The position numbers and the translations under genes were made by a program. A stretch of 64,000 bases of DNA, taken from NCBI GenBank assembly GCA_937920495.1, contig CALEUQ010000039.1, positions 8,802 to 72,801 of the forward strand, in the 5' to 3' direction. The DNA comes from an uncultured bacterium. Its GTDB lineage: Bacteria; Spirochaetota; UBA4802; UB4802. Under the pieces are notes generated by a model. The model worked only from the letters and a program-made list of their open reading frames with translations, had not been told where the DNA came from and ran no database searches. This document shows positions 28,322 through 38,731 of this stretch, piece after piece; position 1 is the stretch's first letter, and each line of letters starts with the position of its first letter.

Positions 28322-29111
28322 ACGCATTATCCCTGTTATTATTGTTCTTGTAGTGGTGATTGGTGTCACGCTGTATTTTGAGCTTGTGCGTTTTATGGGC
28401 TCAGAGAGCACGCACATTGAAGGCTCAGGTGTTATTGAGGTTACCGAGATTGAAGTTGCATCTAAAATTGCAGGCAGGATTGTTTCCCTGCCCTTTGACG
28501 AAGGTGAGGAAGTAACACAGGGCGACCTTATTGCAAAGCTTGCCTATGATGAGCTATCGGCACAAAAACTTGCTGCACTGGCAAACCTTACCAATGCTCA
28601 AAAAAATTTGAATCGTGCACGCGAGCTTTTTACCACTGGTTCCATATCCCAGCGCGAGTTTGACAACGCAGTTGCAGCATACAACGTTGCAAAAGGCAAT
28701 TACGATTATGTAAGTGCAACAATAAGCCAGGCAGTACTGTATGCGCCAATTTCCGGTGTGGTGCTATCGCGCAATTTAGAAGTTGGTGAGCTGGCCTTTC
28801 CCGGTACTTCTATTTTGACATTGGCCGATCTTTCCAGAGCATGGATTAAGATATACGTCAACGAAACGCATATCGGGCGCGTAAAGCACGGGCAAAAGGT
28901 TTTAGTGTTTGTCGATAGTTACCCGGATAAATCCTTCACCGGCAAGGTGGTGGCAATTGCAAGCAAGCCTGAATTTACCCCCAAGACAATACAAACCAAA
29001 GAGGAACGTGTAAAATTGGTCTTTGCAGTAAAAGTTGCCATTGACAATACCGGCAAAGAACTTAAACCCGGAATGCCCGCAGATGCAAGAATCTTAACAG
29101 GTGAACAATGA
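28311..29111 (+). CDS. HlyD-family periplasmic adaptor (membrane fusion protein).
   Basis: The start is at M13 of the track ORF, with a GGAGGA SD. It has an N-terminal TM segment followed by coiled-coil and barrel-sandwich patterns. ATGA-type overlaps link it to both neighbours. Confidence 0.8.
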   Translation: MKNKRIIPVIIVLVVVIGVTLYFELVRFMGSESTHIEGSGVIEVTEIEVASKIAGRIVSLPFDEGEEVTQGDLIAKLAYDELSAQKLAALANLTNAQKNLNRARELFTTGSISQREFDNAVAAYNVAKGNYDYVSATISQAVLYAPISGVVLSRNLEVGELAFPGTSILTLADLSRAWIKIYVNETHIGRVKHGQKVLVFVDSYPDKSFTGKVVAIASKPEFTPKTIQTKEERVKLVFAVKVAIDNTGKELKPGMPADARILTGEQ

Positions 29112-30022
29112 TACAAGCAACTCATCTCACAAAATCATTTGGCAGCGTTACTGCGGTTAACAATGTGAGCATCGCACTGCACAAAGGCGAGATTATTGGC
29201 ATTGTTGGCCCTGATGGTGCAGGCAAAAGCACGTTACTGAGAATGGCAGCAGGGATATTGCAGCCAGATAGAGGAACACTGTTTTTTGACGGCAGGCAGT
29301 ATGATGATGATATATACTTTGTGAAAGAGCATATTGGCTACATGCCACAGCGTTTTGGCCTGTATGAAGATTTAACGGTACTTGAAAACATCATGTTTTT
29401 TGGCAAAATCTATGGCATGCGTGAAAAGGAAATAAAAAATATTTTGCCCCTACTGTGGCGTTTTAGTAACCTGAAGCCTTTCCAGGACAGGCTTGCCGGA
29501 AAGCTTTCCGGCGGTATGAAACAGAAGTTAGGCCTTGCCTGTTGCCTGGTACACAGGCCATCAGTGCTTTTACTTGATGAACCCACCAATGGCGTTGACC
29601 CTGTTTCACGCCGTGAATTCTGGCGCATCCTGTATGACCTGTGTGTGGAAGGCGTCACCATAATGGTAAGCACCGCATATCTGGATGAAGCTGAACGCTG
29701 TAACCGCGTTGCACTGATGTATAACGGGTCTTTTTTTGCTGTGGACACACCGGTAAAGGTTAAAGCAATAATTGGCAAACCACTGATAGAAATTCAAAGC
29801 AAAAAGCCAGTTGAAATTGAAAAGATATTAAAAGAGCATGGTGATTACTCACATGCAGTGCAAAGCGGCAATGCAGTGCGTGTATTTGTAAGTAATGTTC
29901 ACAAAGCAAAAAAAGAAATCAGTACGATATGCAGCACACACCGCATTGCAGTTATTTCTATTCGTGAAGTTGTTCCAACACTTGAGGATACATTTGTGGA
30001 AGCAATAACAAAGGTACAATAA
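29108..30022 (+). CDS. ABC transporter ATP-binding protein.
   Basis: Walker A is GPDGAGKST. The signature is LSGGMKQKL. Walker B is LLLDEPTNGVD. Confidence 0.85.
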   Translation: MIQATHLTKSFGSVTAVNNVSIALHKGEIIGIVGPDGAGKSTLLRMAAGILQPDRGTLFFDGRQYDDDIYFVKEHIGYMPQRFGLYEDLTVLENIMFFGKIYGMREKEIKNILPLLWRFSNLKPFQDRLAGKLSGGMKQKLGLACCLVHRPSVLLLDEPTNGVDPVSRREFWRILYDLCVEGVTIMVSTAYLDEAERCNRVALMYNGSFFAVDTPVKVKAIIGKPLIEIQSKKPVEIEKILKEHGDYSHAVQSGNAVRVFVSNVHKAKKEISTICSTHRIAVISIREVVPTLEDTFVEAITKVQ

Positions 30023-30023
30023 C

Positions 30024-31163
30024 ATGAAAACGATGATACGCATAGTGGCCATAGCTCAAAAGGAATGGATTCATATCTACAGGGATACCCGAAGCCTTAT
30101 CCTTGCGCTAATTACTCCTGCGGTTTTAGTGCTCATATTTGGCTATGCCCTCAATATGGATGTGAAAAATCTTGCATTTGTCATCTATGATCAGGATAAG
30201 ACGCCTTCCTCACGGCAATTTGCTGAGATGTTTATGCACAGCGAATATCTTACATATAAAGGGCATGTTGCCAGATACAATGATATTGATACAGCAATCA
30301 ATAAAGGTAACGCTGTTGCAGCACTGATTATCCCATACAATTTTACGGAACACATAAAAGGTGGACGATCATCACAATTACAGTTAATACTTGATGCATC
30401 AGATTCTATGTCGGCTACTATCGCCTCAGCATATTTTAATGCAATTATCTCACAGTATAACTTTGCCTGGATCCAAAAACACCTAAACCGGTCCGGATTT
30501 GGTACAATCCAAATACCTGTACATATTGAAAGCCGGGTATGGTATAATGAAGAATTGCAAAGCAAAAACTTTGTGGTGCCGGGCATCATAGTCATAGTGC
30601 TTGCTATCATAGGTGCACTCATCACATCCCTTGCCATAAGCCGCGAATGGGAACGTGGTACCATGGAAAGCCTCATAACCACACCTGTACGTTCGTGGGA
30701 AGTTATCACTGGCAAACTTATTCCCTATATCTTCATTGGCATGTTTGATGTTGTTATTACCTATCTGGTGGGATACTTTGTATTTGATATCCCCATCAGA
30801 GGAAGTTTTACTGAACTTTTGCTTGTTTCAGTATTGTTTTTAATTGGCACCTGTACCTTTGGGCTGGTTATCTCATCAGCAACACGTGTACAGGTGCTTT
30901 CAATTCAGGTGGCCATGGTTGCAACATACATGCCCACTATTATATTATCAGGTTTTATCTTCCCTATCAAAAATATGCCGGTTATATTGCAGGCTATCAC
31001 CTATATCATTCCGGCACGCTACATGATAGCACTTATCAAAGGCATTGCGCTTAAAGGGCTGGCAGCATCACTGCTTTCCACTCAGATTGTTTTTATGGCA
31101 GTATTTGCAAGCATCATGATATTTGTAGGCATAAAAAAAATAAATTTACGCTATACAGGATAA
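30024..31163 (+). CDS. ABC-2 family transporter permease.
   Basis: This 379-aa protein has an N-terminal TM segment, a large periplasmic loop and five C-terminal TM segments. Confidence 0.8.
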   Translation: MKTMIRIVAIAQKEWIHIYRDTRSLILALITPAVLVLIFGYALNMDVKNLAFVIYDQDKTPSSRQFAEMFMHSEYLTYKGHVARYNDIDTAINKGNAVAALIIPYNFTEHIKGGRSSQLQLILDASDSMSATIASAYFNAIISQYNFAWIQKHLNRSGFGTIQIPVHIESRVWYNEELQSKNFVVPGIIVIVLAIIGALITSLAISREWERGTMESLITTPVRSWEVITGKLIPYIFIGMFDVVITYLVGYFVFDIPIRGSFTELLLVSVLFLIGTCTFGLVISSATRVQVLSIQVAMVATYMPTIILSGFIFPIKNMPVILQAITYIIPARYMIALIKGIALKGLAASLLSTQIVFMAVFASIMIFVGIKKINLRYTG

Positions 31164-31168
31164 TTACC

Positions 31169-32320
31169 ATGAAACTATCGCTACACAATATCAGGATTAT
31201 GATAAAAAAAGAGTTTGCCCTTGTCATGCGCGATCCAAAAATGCGTGCAATCATGATTGTGCCACCTATACTCATGTCACTTGTATTTGGGTATGCTGTA
31301 AATACTGACGTCACCAATGTATCATTTGCAGTGTTTGACAGGGACCGTACATCCACAAGCAGAGAATTTGTGCAGCAGTTTGTTGCCTCGCCGTATTTTG
31401 ACATGTACGCATACATCGATTCGCCAGTTGAGGCACTGCGTTTAATAGAAAAAGGCAATATTGATTTTTATCTAGAGATACCCAACAATTTTGGCAAAAA
31501 TTTAAAGATTGGCAGGGCTATTGCTTTACAGGTTATCCTTGATGGCACTGATTCAAGCAGGGCTTCCGTTATTCAGTCATATATCAACGCATTAACGCTT
31601 TCGTATGTACAGGAACGCTTTACCAACGTCATCAAAATAAAAATAATGCAGCGGTCACAATTCGGCAATCAGGTGGGTTCCATTGAACTTATTCCACGCT
31701 ACTGGTTTAATCAGGATTTAAAAAGCATTAATTTTTATCTGCCGGGTGTGATTGCGATGCTTATCTCACTTATTACCATTATGCTGACGGCAATGTCTAT
31801 TGTGAAAGAACGTGAAGCGGGAACCATGGAACAAATACGCGTATCACCTCTTACGCCAAATGAATACATTATCGGCAAATTAGTGCCTTTTGCTATTATT
31901 GCATTTATTGATATCATTATCATAACTGCTATTGCCATTTTCTGGTTTGGCATTCCTTTTAGAGGCAGTTTTATCTTTCTGCTTGCATGTGGTTTGATCT
32001 ACATCATATCAGCATTAGCCATCGGGCTTTTTATATCAACAGTGTCTTCAACACAGCAACAGGCCATGCTTTCATCATTTATGTTTTTTGTGCCTGCGAT
32101 TTTGTTTTCGGGAGTCATATTCCCCATATACTCTATGCCTGTAGTCTTCCAGCTCATAACCTACCTTAATCCTATGCGTTATTTTGTTGAGATTGTACGT
32201 AGTGTATTTTTAAAAGGCACCGGGTTTTCATACCTGTGGCATAACATAGTAATACTTATCATTATGGGTATAGTAATACTAAGGCTAAGCGTATGGCAAT
32301 TTGGCAAAAGGACATCATAA
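31169..32320 (+). CDS. ABC-2 family transporter permease (second copy).
   Basis: It is a paralog of the preceding permease. Confidence 0.8.
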   Translation: MKLSLHNIRIMIKKEFALVMRDPKMRAIMIVPPILMSLVFGYAVNTDVTNVSFAVFDRDRTSTSREFVQQFVASPYFDMYAYIDSPVEALRLIEKGNIDFYLEIPNNFGKNLKIGRAIALQVILDGTDSSRASVIQSYINALTLSYVQERFTNVIKIKIMQRSQFGNQVGSIELIPRYWFNQDLKSINFYLPGVIAMLISLITIMLTAMSIVKEREAGTMEQIRVSPLTPNEYIIGKLVPFAIIAFIDIIIITAIAIFWFGIPFRGSFIFLLACGLIYIISALAIGLFISTVSSTQQQAMLSSFMFFVPAILFSGVIFPIYSMPVVFQLITYLNPMRYFVEIVRSVFLKGTGFSYLWHNIVILIIMGIVILRLSVWQFGKRTS

Positions 32321-32321
32321 C

Positions 32322-33233
32322 ATGGAAACAGTAAAAGTTCTAAACCTCACAAAGCGTTTTGGCCATTTTAGGGCTGTTGATTCAGTCAGCTTTTCGGTGG
32401 CAAAGGGTGAAATATTTGGGCTGCTTGGGCCCAATGGTGCTGGTAAAAGCACTACTATTAAAATGCTATGTGGATTATTGCAGCCTGATGAAGGCCAGGG
32501 GACAGTAGGAGGTTTTGATATTACACACAACCAGTGGGAAATCAAACGTATTATTGGCTATATGTCGCAGAAATTTTCTCTTTATGAGGACCTTACCGTT
32601 GAAGAAAACTTAGAATTTTATGGCACAATATATGGGCTTTCAAAAATCCGTTTAATGCAACGCATGAACTTTATCTTTCAACTGGTAAACATCAAAGACT
32701 ATAAAGATAGTCTGGTAAAACATCTGCCACTTGGCATCAAGCAGCGTCTTGCATTGGGGCAGGCTTTGATTCATGACCCACACATACTTTTTTTAGATGA
32801 ACCAACCTCTGGCGTGGACCCCCTCATGCGAAGAATTTTCTGGGATGAGATTTATGCGTTAGCAAAGGAAGGGAAAACTGTATTTGTTACCACTCACTAC
32901 ATGGATGAAGCTGAACATTGCAACCGGATTGCACTGATCATTGCAGGCAAAATCATTGCCCTTGATACACCTCAGGGCTTAAAAGAAAAACTGCCCTACA
33001 CCATTGTAAAAATTGTAACCGATAGTTACCTTACAGCATACAACATATTGAACAATGCACACTTTGTAATTGAGGCAGCCCTCTTTGGAACCGACCTGCA
33101 CGTTGTGCTTGAAAAACAATTTAAAAATTTCTCACTCATAAAGAAATTACTGCAATCCCACAACATTCATGATGCTACTATTGAAACCATACTTCCCACA
33201 CTTGAAGATGTGTTTGTGATGAGTGCACGGTGA
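32322..33233 (+). CDS. ABC transporter ATP-binding protein (second copy).
   Basis: The start is at the ATG at 32322; the track ORF begins at a TTG at 32301. Walker A is GPNGAGKST. The signature is LPLGIKQRL. Walker B is LFLDEPTSGVD. Confidence 0.85.
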   Translation: METVKVLNLTKRFGHFRAVDSVSFSVAKGEIFGLLGPNGAGKSTTIKMLCGLLQPDEGQGTVGGFDITHNQWEIKRIIGYMSQKFSLYEDLTVEENLEFYGTIYGLSKIRLMQRMNFIFQLVNIKDYKDSLVKHLPLGIKQRLALGQALIHDPHILFLDEPTSGVDPLMRRIFWDEIYALAKEGKTVFVTTHYMDEAEHCNRIALIIAGKIIALDTPQGLKEKLPYTIVKIVTDSYLTAYNILNNAHFVIEAALFGTDLHVVLEKQFKNFSLIKKLLQSHNIHDATIETILPTLEDVFVMSAR

Positions 33234-33244
33234 TGCTTTTTTTA

Positions 33245-33276
33245 TTGACAATGTGTGAGTTTTGTAATACATTGTT
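33245..33276 (+). promoter_or_regulatory. Putative promoter/operator for the toxin-antitoxin pair. It reads TTGACA-17-TACATT with an ACAATGT...ACATTGT inverted repeat.
   Basis: TTGACA lies at 33245-33250 and TACATT at 33268-33273. The inverted repeat arms lie at 33248-33254 and 33269-33275. The ATG at 33280 follows with no SD. Confidence 0.35.
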
Positions 33277-33279
33277 TAC

Positions 33280-33549
33280 ATGATATTGTATGAGAAATCA
33301 GTGCAGAAAGCCATTCAAAAAGGCGAAATACCTTTAAAAACAATGAAGCTATTTCATAACGCATTCAAAGCACTTGATGTAACACAAGACTTTAATTTAT
33401 TTGATATTAAAAAATTAAAAGGCAATTATAAACGAGATTATTATAGATTACGAAAAGGTAAATATAGAGCAATCTTTTATATTGAAGATAACAATTTTTA
33501 TGTAATTTACATTGGAAAACGCGAGGAGGTATACGATATATGGCAGTAA
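33280..33549 (+). CDS. RelE/ParE-family type II toxin.
   Basis: This 89-aa protein has a C-terminus YRLRKGKYRAIFYIEDNNFYVIYIGKREEVYD, which is the typical RelE/ParE signature. Confidence 0.6.
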   Translation: MILYEKSVQKAIQKGEIPLKTMKLFHNAFKALDVTQDFNLFDIKKLKGNYKRDYYRLRKGKYRAIFYIEDNNFYVIYIGKREEVYDIWQ

Positions 33550-33752
33550 CATCTGTGAGATTTAATGCAAAAGAAGAAAAAATACTTAAACTATTACAAA
33601 AGCACTATAATTGTGATACTTCATCGCTTATTAAAAAATCACTATGGGAGCTTTACGAAGATATCAAAGATAAAGAAATCATAGAAGATTTTGAAAAGAA
33701 AGAAAAAAATAAAAAGGTTAAATTTGTGAACATAGACGAAATTATAAAATAA
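33540..33752 (+). CDS. Putative ribbon-helix-helix antitoxin.
   Basis: This 70-aa protein has an N-terminus MAVTSVRFNAKEEKILKLLQKH, with the beta-strand plus helix pattern of RHH/CopG proteins. It overlaps the toxin stop. Confidence 0.45.
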   Translation: MAVTSVRFNAKEEKILKLLQKHYNCDTSSLIKKSLWELYEDIKDKEIIEDFEKKEKNKKVKFVNIDEIIK

Positions 33753-33798
33753 GCAGAAGCCACCTCTCACTGCCTATCTTGCGCAAATGATACATCCA

Positions 33799-35364
33799 TC
33801 AAGAGTTGAGAGCTTTCCTTAGGTATCGTATGATATCTCCTGCCTGCATAACACAGCTTTCTGTATGAGCGCAGTAGATATCCGCAGCTTTACCGTGAAT
33901 ATATACACCAAGCGATGCCGCAACTAAAGGATCATACCCTTTTGAAAGGAAAGAACCAATAGCACCGGCAAGCACATCACCTGAACCACCGGTTGCAAGT
34001 GCAGGATTTCCCGTGGTATTAATACAGGTAGAGGTGCCATCGGTTACTATGGATGCCGGGCCTTTGAGTACGGTAACACAGTGCAGCGTTTGTGCTATGC
34101 GTTCTGCTGAATGCACACGGTTTTTCTTTATATCATCAACACTTACAGCAGCAATACGCGCTGCTTCCTTAAAATGTGGCGTAATAACACATAAAGGAAT
34201 TTGTACCTCAGGTAACTGCGCTAAAAAATACAACCCATCACCATCAATCAGTACAGGCAACTGCATCTTTGCTGCAATCTGACATACGGCTTCATATGTT
34301 GCAGCCGCACCTACGCTTCTACCCAACCCCGGACCAATGATGCATGCCGTGGGACGCGATTGCTGCACTATGCGTTCTAACTGAGATACAATCTCTTTGT
34401 ATATACCAGTAAACTCATCTGTGCCATACATGTCTTTTGAAAACGGTTCATGACTTGTTGTGTTAATAGCGTTGGTGATAGCTTCAGGAATTTTCCCCGC
34501 AATGATTGAACGCGCCTGCGATGTGGTTACTATTGTGACAAGCCCTATACCTGCAGCAAACGCTGCACTGGCGCACAAAAGGATTGCCCCTTCCATCCCA
34601 TCAAATCCACCAATACACAAAAGGTGGCCGTTTGCATTTTTATATGCATCATATTCTTTATTTGGGCGATAGTTGCCGGTAAAAAATCCATCATCTATCA
34701 GCTGACGCTGCAAACTATCTGAATTGCAAAGCACACCCGGAAACCCTATGTTGGCAACAATAACATTGCCTGCGTAATATTTTCCCGGATAGGCAACAAG
34801 ATTGATCTTGGGCAGCCCCATAGTGATGGTGGTGTGCGCTTTTATGATACAATCGGATTCAATAGCGCCATCTGCAGGAAGTCCGCTTGGCATATCTATG
34901 GCAATAACCTGAGTACCACTTCCATTGATGAGAGTAATCACCTGCTGCAACAACCCTTTTGGCTGTCCCGTAAACCCTGTTCCGGTGAGTGCATCAATGA
35001 TACAATCATATTTTTTTAAATCGATAGTTACCAGGGATTCATTTGATAGTGTATAACACCGCACACCAGCGCGCTGGCACACATCATAGTATATCCTTGA
35101 TGATGGAGTAAGCTTATCGGTATTGCCTAAAAGGAATATATCTACCTGTAGGTGCTGTGAAAGCAGATAGGCAGCAACAAAACCATCACCACCATTATTG
35201 CCTGTGCCGCAGAAAACTGCAACACAGTGAGCGTGTGTGTGATGCACTACATAATCAGCAACTGATTTGCCAGCCAGTGCCATGAGCACCTGGCCAGGGA
35301 TCCCGTACTGCTGTATGGTAACCCTGTCAATCTCTTGCATCTGTTGTGCTGTTACCACTTTCAT
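33799..35364 (-). CDS. nnr: Bifunctional NAD(P)H-hydrate repair enzyme Nnr (epimerase/dehydratase, YjeF N- and C-terminal domains).
   Basis: The protein shows an N-terminal VFCGTGNNGGDGF and a C-terminal IIGPGLGR...GDVLAG. Confidence 0.85.
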   Translation of the reverse strand: MKVVTAQQMQEIDRVTIQQYGIPGQVLMALAGKSVADYVVHHTHAHCVAVFCGTGNNGGDGFVAAYLLSQHLQVDIFLLGNTDKLTPSSRIYYDVCQRAGVRCYTLSNESLVTIDLKKYDCIIDALTGTGFTGQPKGLLQQVITLINGSGTQVIAIDMPSGLPADGAIESDCIIKAHTTITMGLPKINLVAYPGKYYAGNVIVANIGFPGVLCNSDSLQRQLIDDGFFTGNYRPNKEYDAYKNANGHLLCIGGFDGMEGAILLCASAAFAAGIGLVTIVTTSQARSIIAGKIPEAITNAINTTSHEPFSKDMYGTDEFTGIYKEIVSQLERIVQQSRPTACIIGPGLGRSVGAAATYEAVCQIAAKMQLPVLIDGDGLYFLAQLPEVQIPLCVITPHFKEAARIAAVSVDDIKKNRVHSAERIAQTLHCVTVLKGPASIVTDGTSTCINTTGNPALATGGSGDVLAGAIGSFLSKGYDPLVAASLGVYIHGKAADIYCAHTESCVMQAGDIIRYLRKALNS

Positions 35365-35367
35365 GCA

Positions 35368-36438
35368 CTACTTCCATTCATACACTTCTAATCCCGTAGA
35401 ATAGGCATGATATGAATATAACTTGCCGTCACTGGTAATATCAATATCCGAAAATAATGCCTGTTGAGGAAATGTGCATCGCACATTTCCTATAATGGTG
35501 CCGTCAAAACTATACAGCATAAACTTTACATCATTAGTATCTTCAACGTTCCACACATAGATATATTTATTCTGTATTACTGTAAAAAGTTCATTCTTTG
35601 GCTCGGATATCTTTAACAATTCTACAGGCTTTGAATCTTTAATATCAAACTGGAACAATTTTCTGTATTTAAATCGTGTATTATTATAATAGGCAACAGA
35701 AAGAATAAACCCATCCCCGCTGTGCAGTATCCGTATATTTTCTATCTTGCCGGTATACGATGTGGCGGAATCAACAGTATCTACAAAATAACTTCTGGTA
35801 AACGTCATGTAATAATCTCGCTGGCGCTTATCAAACCTGTACACGCTCCATATATCATACGTACGTGCTATAACAAAAAGTCTGTTTTTTTTATCTATCT
35901 CCAGATGCTCAATGTAGTAAAAAGGTACTGTTGGCATACCAGTCTGGCCTATTGTGTACTGCAGTTTTCCTTCAGGATCAAACACAAGTATAAACGAAGG
36001 TGACATGTCAATCTGCGTTCCAGCGGCATCTATTCGCTGCACCGAAGCCAACCTGTTTTGCACATACAGGTTGTCATCTGAATCAACAACCATGGTCCCT
36101 ATTATATCAAATTTGACCTGCGTTTTTATTATATCCTTAACTTCAGCTGTTGCAGTGATGTTGCCAATAGCAATCAAACATTTTCCATCTCTGTCAAAAA
36201 CAAGCACCTTCTTCTGAATATTATCCTTCACATACACTTTATGATCTGCAAGCAACACGCCAAAACTCATATCAAGCAGGCCTGACTCATTGTAGTTAAT
36301 ACTCACCGCACCCAATGCTGCTCCTGAGGGAATTGCACACACCTTGCTTGCAGAAAGATCGGTCACCCTGAAATAACCGCATGAAATAAGCATGCTACAT
36401 GCCACTGCCATCAATAGTTTTTGTATCATACTGTTCAT
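35368..36438 (-). CDS. Putative lipoprotein, beta-propeller-like.
   Basis: A signal peptide with an LISCG lipobox is followed by a beta-rich sequence. Confidence 0.45.
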   Translation of the reverse strand: MNSMIQKLLMAVACSMLISCGYFRVTDLSASKVCAIPSGAALGAVSINYNESGLLDMSFGVLLADHKVYVKDNIQKKVLVFDRDGKCLIAIGNITATAEVKDIIKTQVKFDIIGTMVVDSDDNLYVQNRLASVQRIDAAGTQIDMSPSFILVFDPEGKLQYTIGQTGMPTVPFYYIEHLEIDKKNRLFVIARTYDIWSVYRFDKRQRDYYMTFTRSYFVDTVDSATSYTGKIENIRILHSGDGFILSVAYYNNTRFKYRKLFQFDIKDSKPVELLKISEPKNELFTVIQNKYIYVWNVEDTNDVKFMLYSFDGTIIGNVRCTFPQQALFSDIDITSDGKLYSYHAYSTGLEVYEWK

Positions 36439-36616
36439 CCTTTATCAGTTACTATCGCCACACACAATAACCATTGGTAGTATGTGGCAGCCATTTTTTC
36501 AACATAAAAAAGTTACTGTTTTTAATTGTCAATTGTTATTGCCTTGACAAAATAAATCTGTATATGAAACGATAGTACACAGCAAATATTTATAGATTGT
36601 ATAAGGAGATCGGCGT

Positions 36617-37774
36617 ATGGATTTTAATTTATCAGAAGAGCAGCAGATGGTCAAAGATATGTGCAGGAAGTTTGCTGAAAACGAACTTGCACCAAAAGCT
36701 GAACATTACGACCGCACACATGAATTTCCCTGGGAACATGTAAAAAAATTAGGTGAAATGGGAATGATGGGTGTTGTGTACCCCGAAGAATACGGTGGCT
36801 CAGGCATGGATTATCTTACCTATGCCATTGCTGTTGAAGAGATTTCGCGGGGATGTGCATCAACGGGTGTTATTGTATCTGCACATAACTCATTGTGTCT
36901 ATCCCCTATCTATTACTTTGGCACCGAAGAGCAGAAAAAGAAATACCTGCCAAAATTGTGCTCAGGTGAATGGATAGGCTGTTTTGGCATCACCGAACCC
37001 AATGCAGGTTCTGATGCAGCAGGCACAAAAACAGTAGCCGAATTTAAAAATGGAAAGTGGGTGCTCAATGGTACAAAAAATTTCATCACCAATGGTGGTG
37101 TTGCAAATGTGGCTGTTGTTCTGGCAGTGACTGAAAAAGGGATTGGTCATAAAGGCTTGAGTATGTTTATTGTGGAAAAAGGAACACCGGGATTTTCGGT
37201 TGGCAAGACCGAAGATAAATTGGGTATATGTGCATCATCAACAACAGAGTTGGTTTTTGAAAACTGCGAAATACCTGAAGAAAACATCCTTGGTAAAAAA
37301 GGCGATGGTTTTAAAATTGCCATGCATACGCTTGATGGCGGGCGTGTTGGCATTGCTGCACAGGCACTGGGCATTGCACAGGCAGCTATGGATGCCGCGG
37401 TAAAATACTCACTGGAAAGGGTGCAGTTCAACCAGCCTATAGCACGCCAGCAAGCCATTCAGTGGATGATTGCTGACATGGCCACCGAGATTCAGGCAGC
37501 GCGGCTTCTGACATATCAGGCTGCAATGCTCATCGGCAGCGGGCCTGACCGCAGACGATACTCAAAAAATGCCGCCATGGCAAAACTCTTTGCTTCAGAA
37601 ACCTCACACAGGGCAACACACAAAGCGTTACAGATTTTTGGAGGATATGGGTACATTAAAGATTATCCAGCAGAAAGATTTTACCGTGATTCGCGGATTA
37701 CCGAAATATACGAAGGGACATCCGAAATACAGCGGCTTGTAATTGCATCAAACGTGTTAAGCGAATATCAATAA
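36617..37774 (+). CDS. Acyl-CoA dehydrogenase (short-chain/butyryl-CoA dehydrogenase-like).
   Basis: This 385-aa protein has canonical ACAD motifs: GCFGITEPNAGSD, and YEGTSEIQ near the C-terminus. Confidence 0.9.
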   Translation: MDFNLSEEQQMVKDMCRKFAENELAPKAEHYDRTHEFPWEHVKKLGEMGMMGVVYPEEYGGSGMDYLTYAIAVEEISRGCASTGVIVSAHNSLCLSPIYYFGTEEQKKKYLPKLCSGEWIGCFGITEPNAGSDAAGTKTVAEFKNGKWVLNGTKNFITNGGVANVAVVLAVTEKGIGHKGLSMFIVEKGTPGFSVGKTEDKLGICASSTTELVFENCEIPEENILGKKGDGFKIAMHTLDGGRVGIAAQALGIAQAAMDAAVKYSLERVQFNQPIARQQAIQWMIADMATEIQAARLLTYQAAMLIGSGPDRRRYSKNAAMAKLFASETSHRATHKALQIFGGYGYIKDYPAERFYRDSRITEIYEGTSEIQRLVIASNVLSEYQ

Positions 37775-37780
37775 TAAAAC

Positions 37781-37806
37781 ATGGCCGGGGCACATCCCGG
37801 CCATTA
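37781..37806 (+). terminator. Hairpin downstream of the acyl-CoA dehydrogenase gene (ATGGCCGGG-gcacat-CCCGGCCAT).
   Basis: A perfect 9-bp GC-rich stem is present. The downstream tract is A/T-rich but not a clean T-run. The next gene starts at 37816. Confidence 0.4.
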
Positions 37807-37815
37807 AAAGTTATT

Positions 37816-38715
37816 ATGAAAAATGATGTAACAGCCATTTTGAAAGATATACAGCACACTATTGCTTCATTTTCGGAAGGGCAGATATCATTTGATGAAG
37901 CATTGCGGAAATATACTCTATATAAAGAAAGAGCAGATGAAATAAAATCACAACCACAATATGAAAATTATCTTCTCAATTTTATAGCTACACACAATGC
38001 TGAAAATTTTGCACTATTTTCAGCAATTGTTGCATATCATGCAAAGGATAATCAAATCACCATTGCACTCTACCATGGTCCTGACGGGTTTGTGCAGCCG
38101 CTTTATTCAATATGTAAAAATACTTTTTTTTCTTCTCCGCCGCGCTTTGCACTTGACTATGTTGTACACCATAATGTTATTCAGAATTTTTCACTCCACA
38201 GCTCATTGGTATTTCATTCGGAAGATTTATCCATTGCATTTGTAGCCATCACTTCATCATCATTCTTTTCTAAAGAGACATTTCTAAACTATGCTGCGCA
38301 TCTAAAAGTTTTTACCAGCCCATTTGACATTGCCAGTATAATTTCTCTGGATGTCCCAAATAACACATTAAAATATATTCATCAGGTGTGTTCAAAAATA
38401 CTGGCCAAAGGACCATGTTCTTTATATGGTATATATATTACATCGCCTTTTGGTACATTAAACCACCTGGGTCTTCACGCACTCAATGAAGTTTCTGCAC
38501 TCATAAAAAATACTTTAATAGAAAATTTTGGGCAATACAGCTTTGCACTATCAATGAATAAGTATCTGTGCGTTAAAACAAAGACTCACGCTGACATTAA
38601 ATCATTGACTTTTAACTACCGGGATATTTCAATACCGTCAAAAATTTACCATAAAATAATTGAGCAGGAATCCGAAATTATACCAACAATTACAGAAATA
38701 TTACATTTCCATTAA
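37816..38715 (+). CDS. Hypothetical protein.
   Basis: This is a 299-aa ORF. I recognise no motifs in it. Confidence 0.4.
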   Translation: MKNDVTAILKDIQHTIASFSEGQISFDEALRKYTLYKERADEIKSQPQYENYLLNFIATHNAENFALFSAIVAYHAKDNQITIALYHGPDGFVQPLYSICKNTFFSSPPRFALDYVVHHNVIQNFSLHSSLVFHSEDLSIAFVAITSSSFFSKETFLNYAAHLKVFTSPFDIASIISLDVPNNTLKYIHQVCSKILAKGPCSLYGIYITSPFGTLNHLGLHALNEVSALIKNTLIENFGQYSFALSMNKYLCVKTKTHADIKSLTFNYRDISIPSKIYHKIIEQESEIIPTITEILHFH

Positions 38716-38731
38716 GTAAGCGATAGTAACC

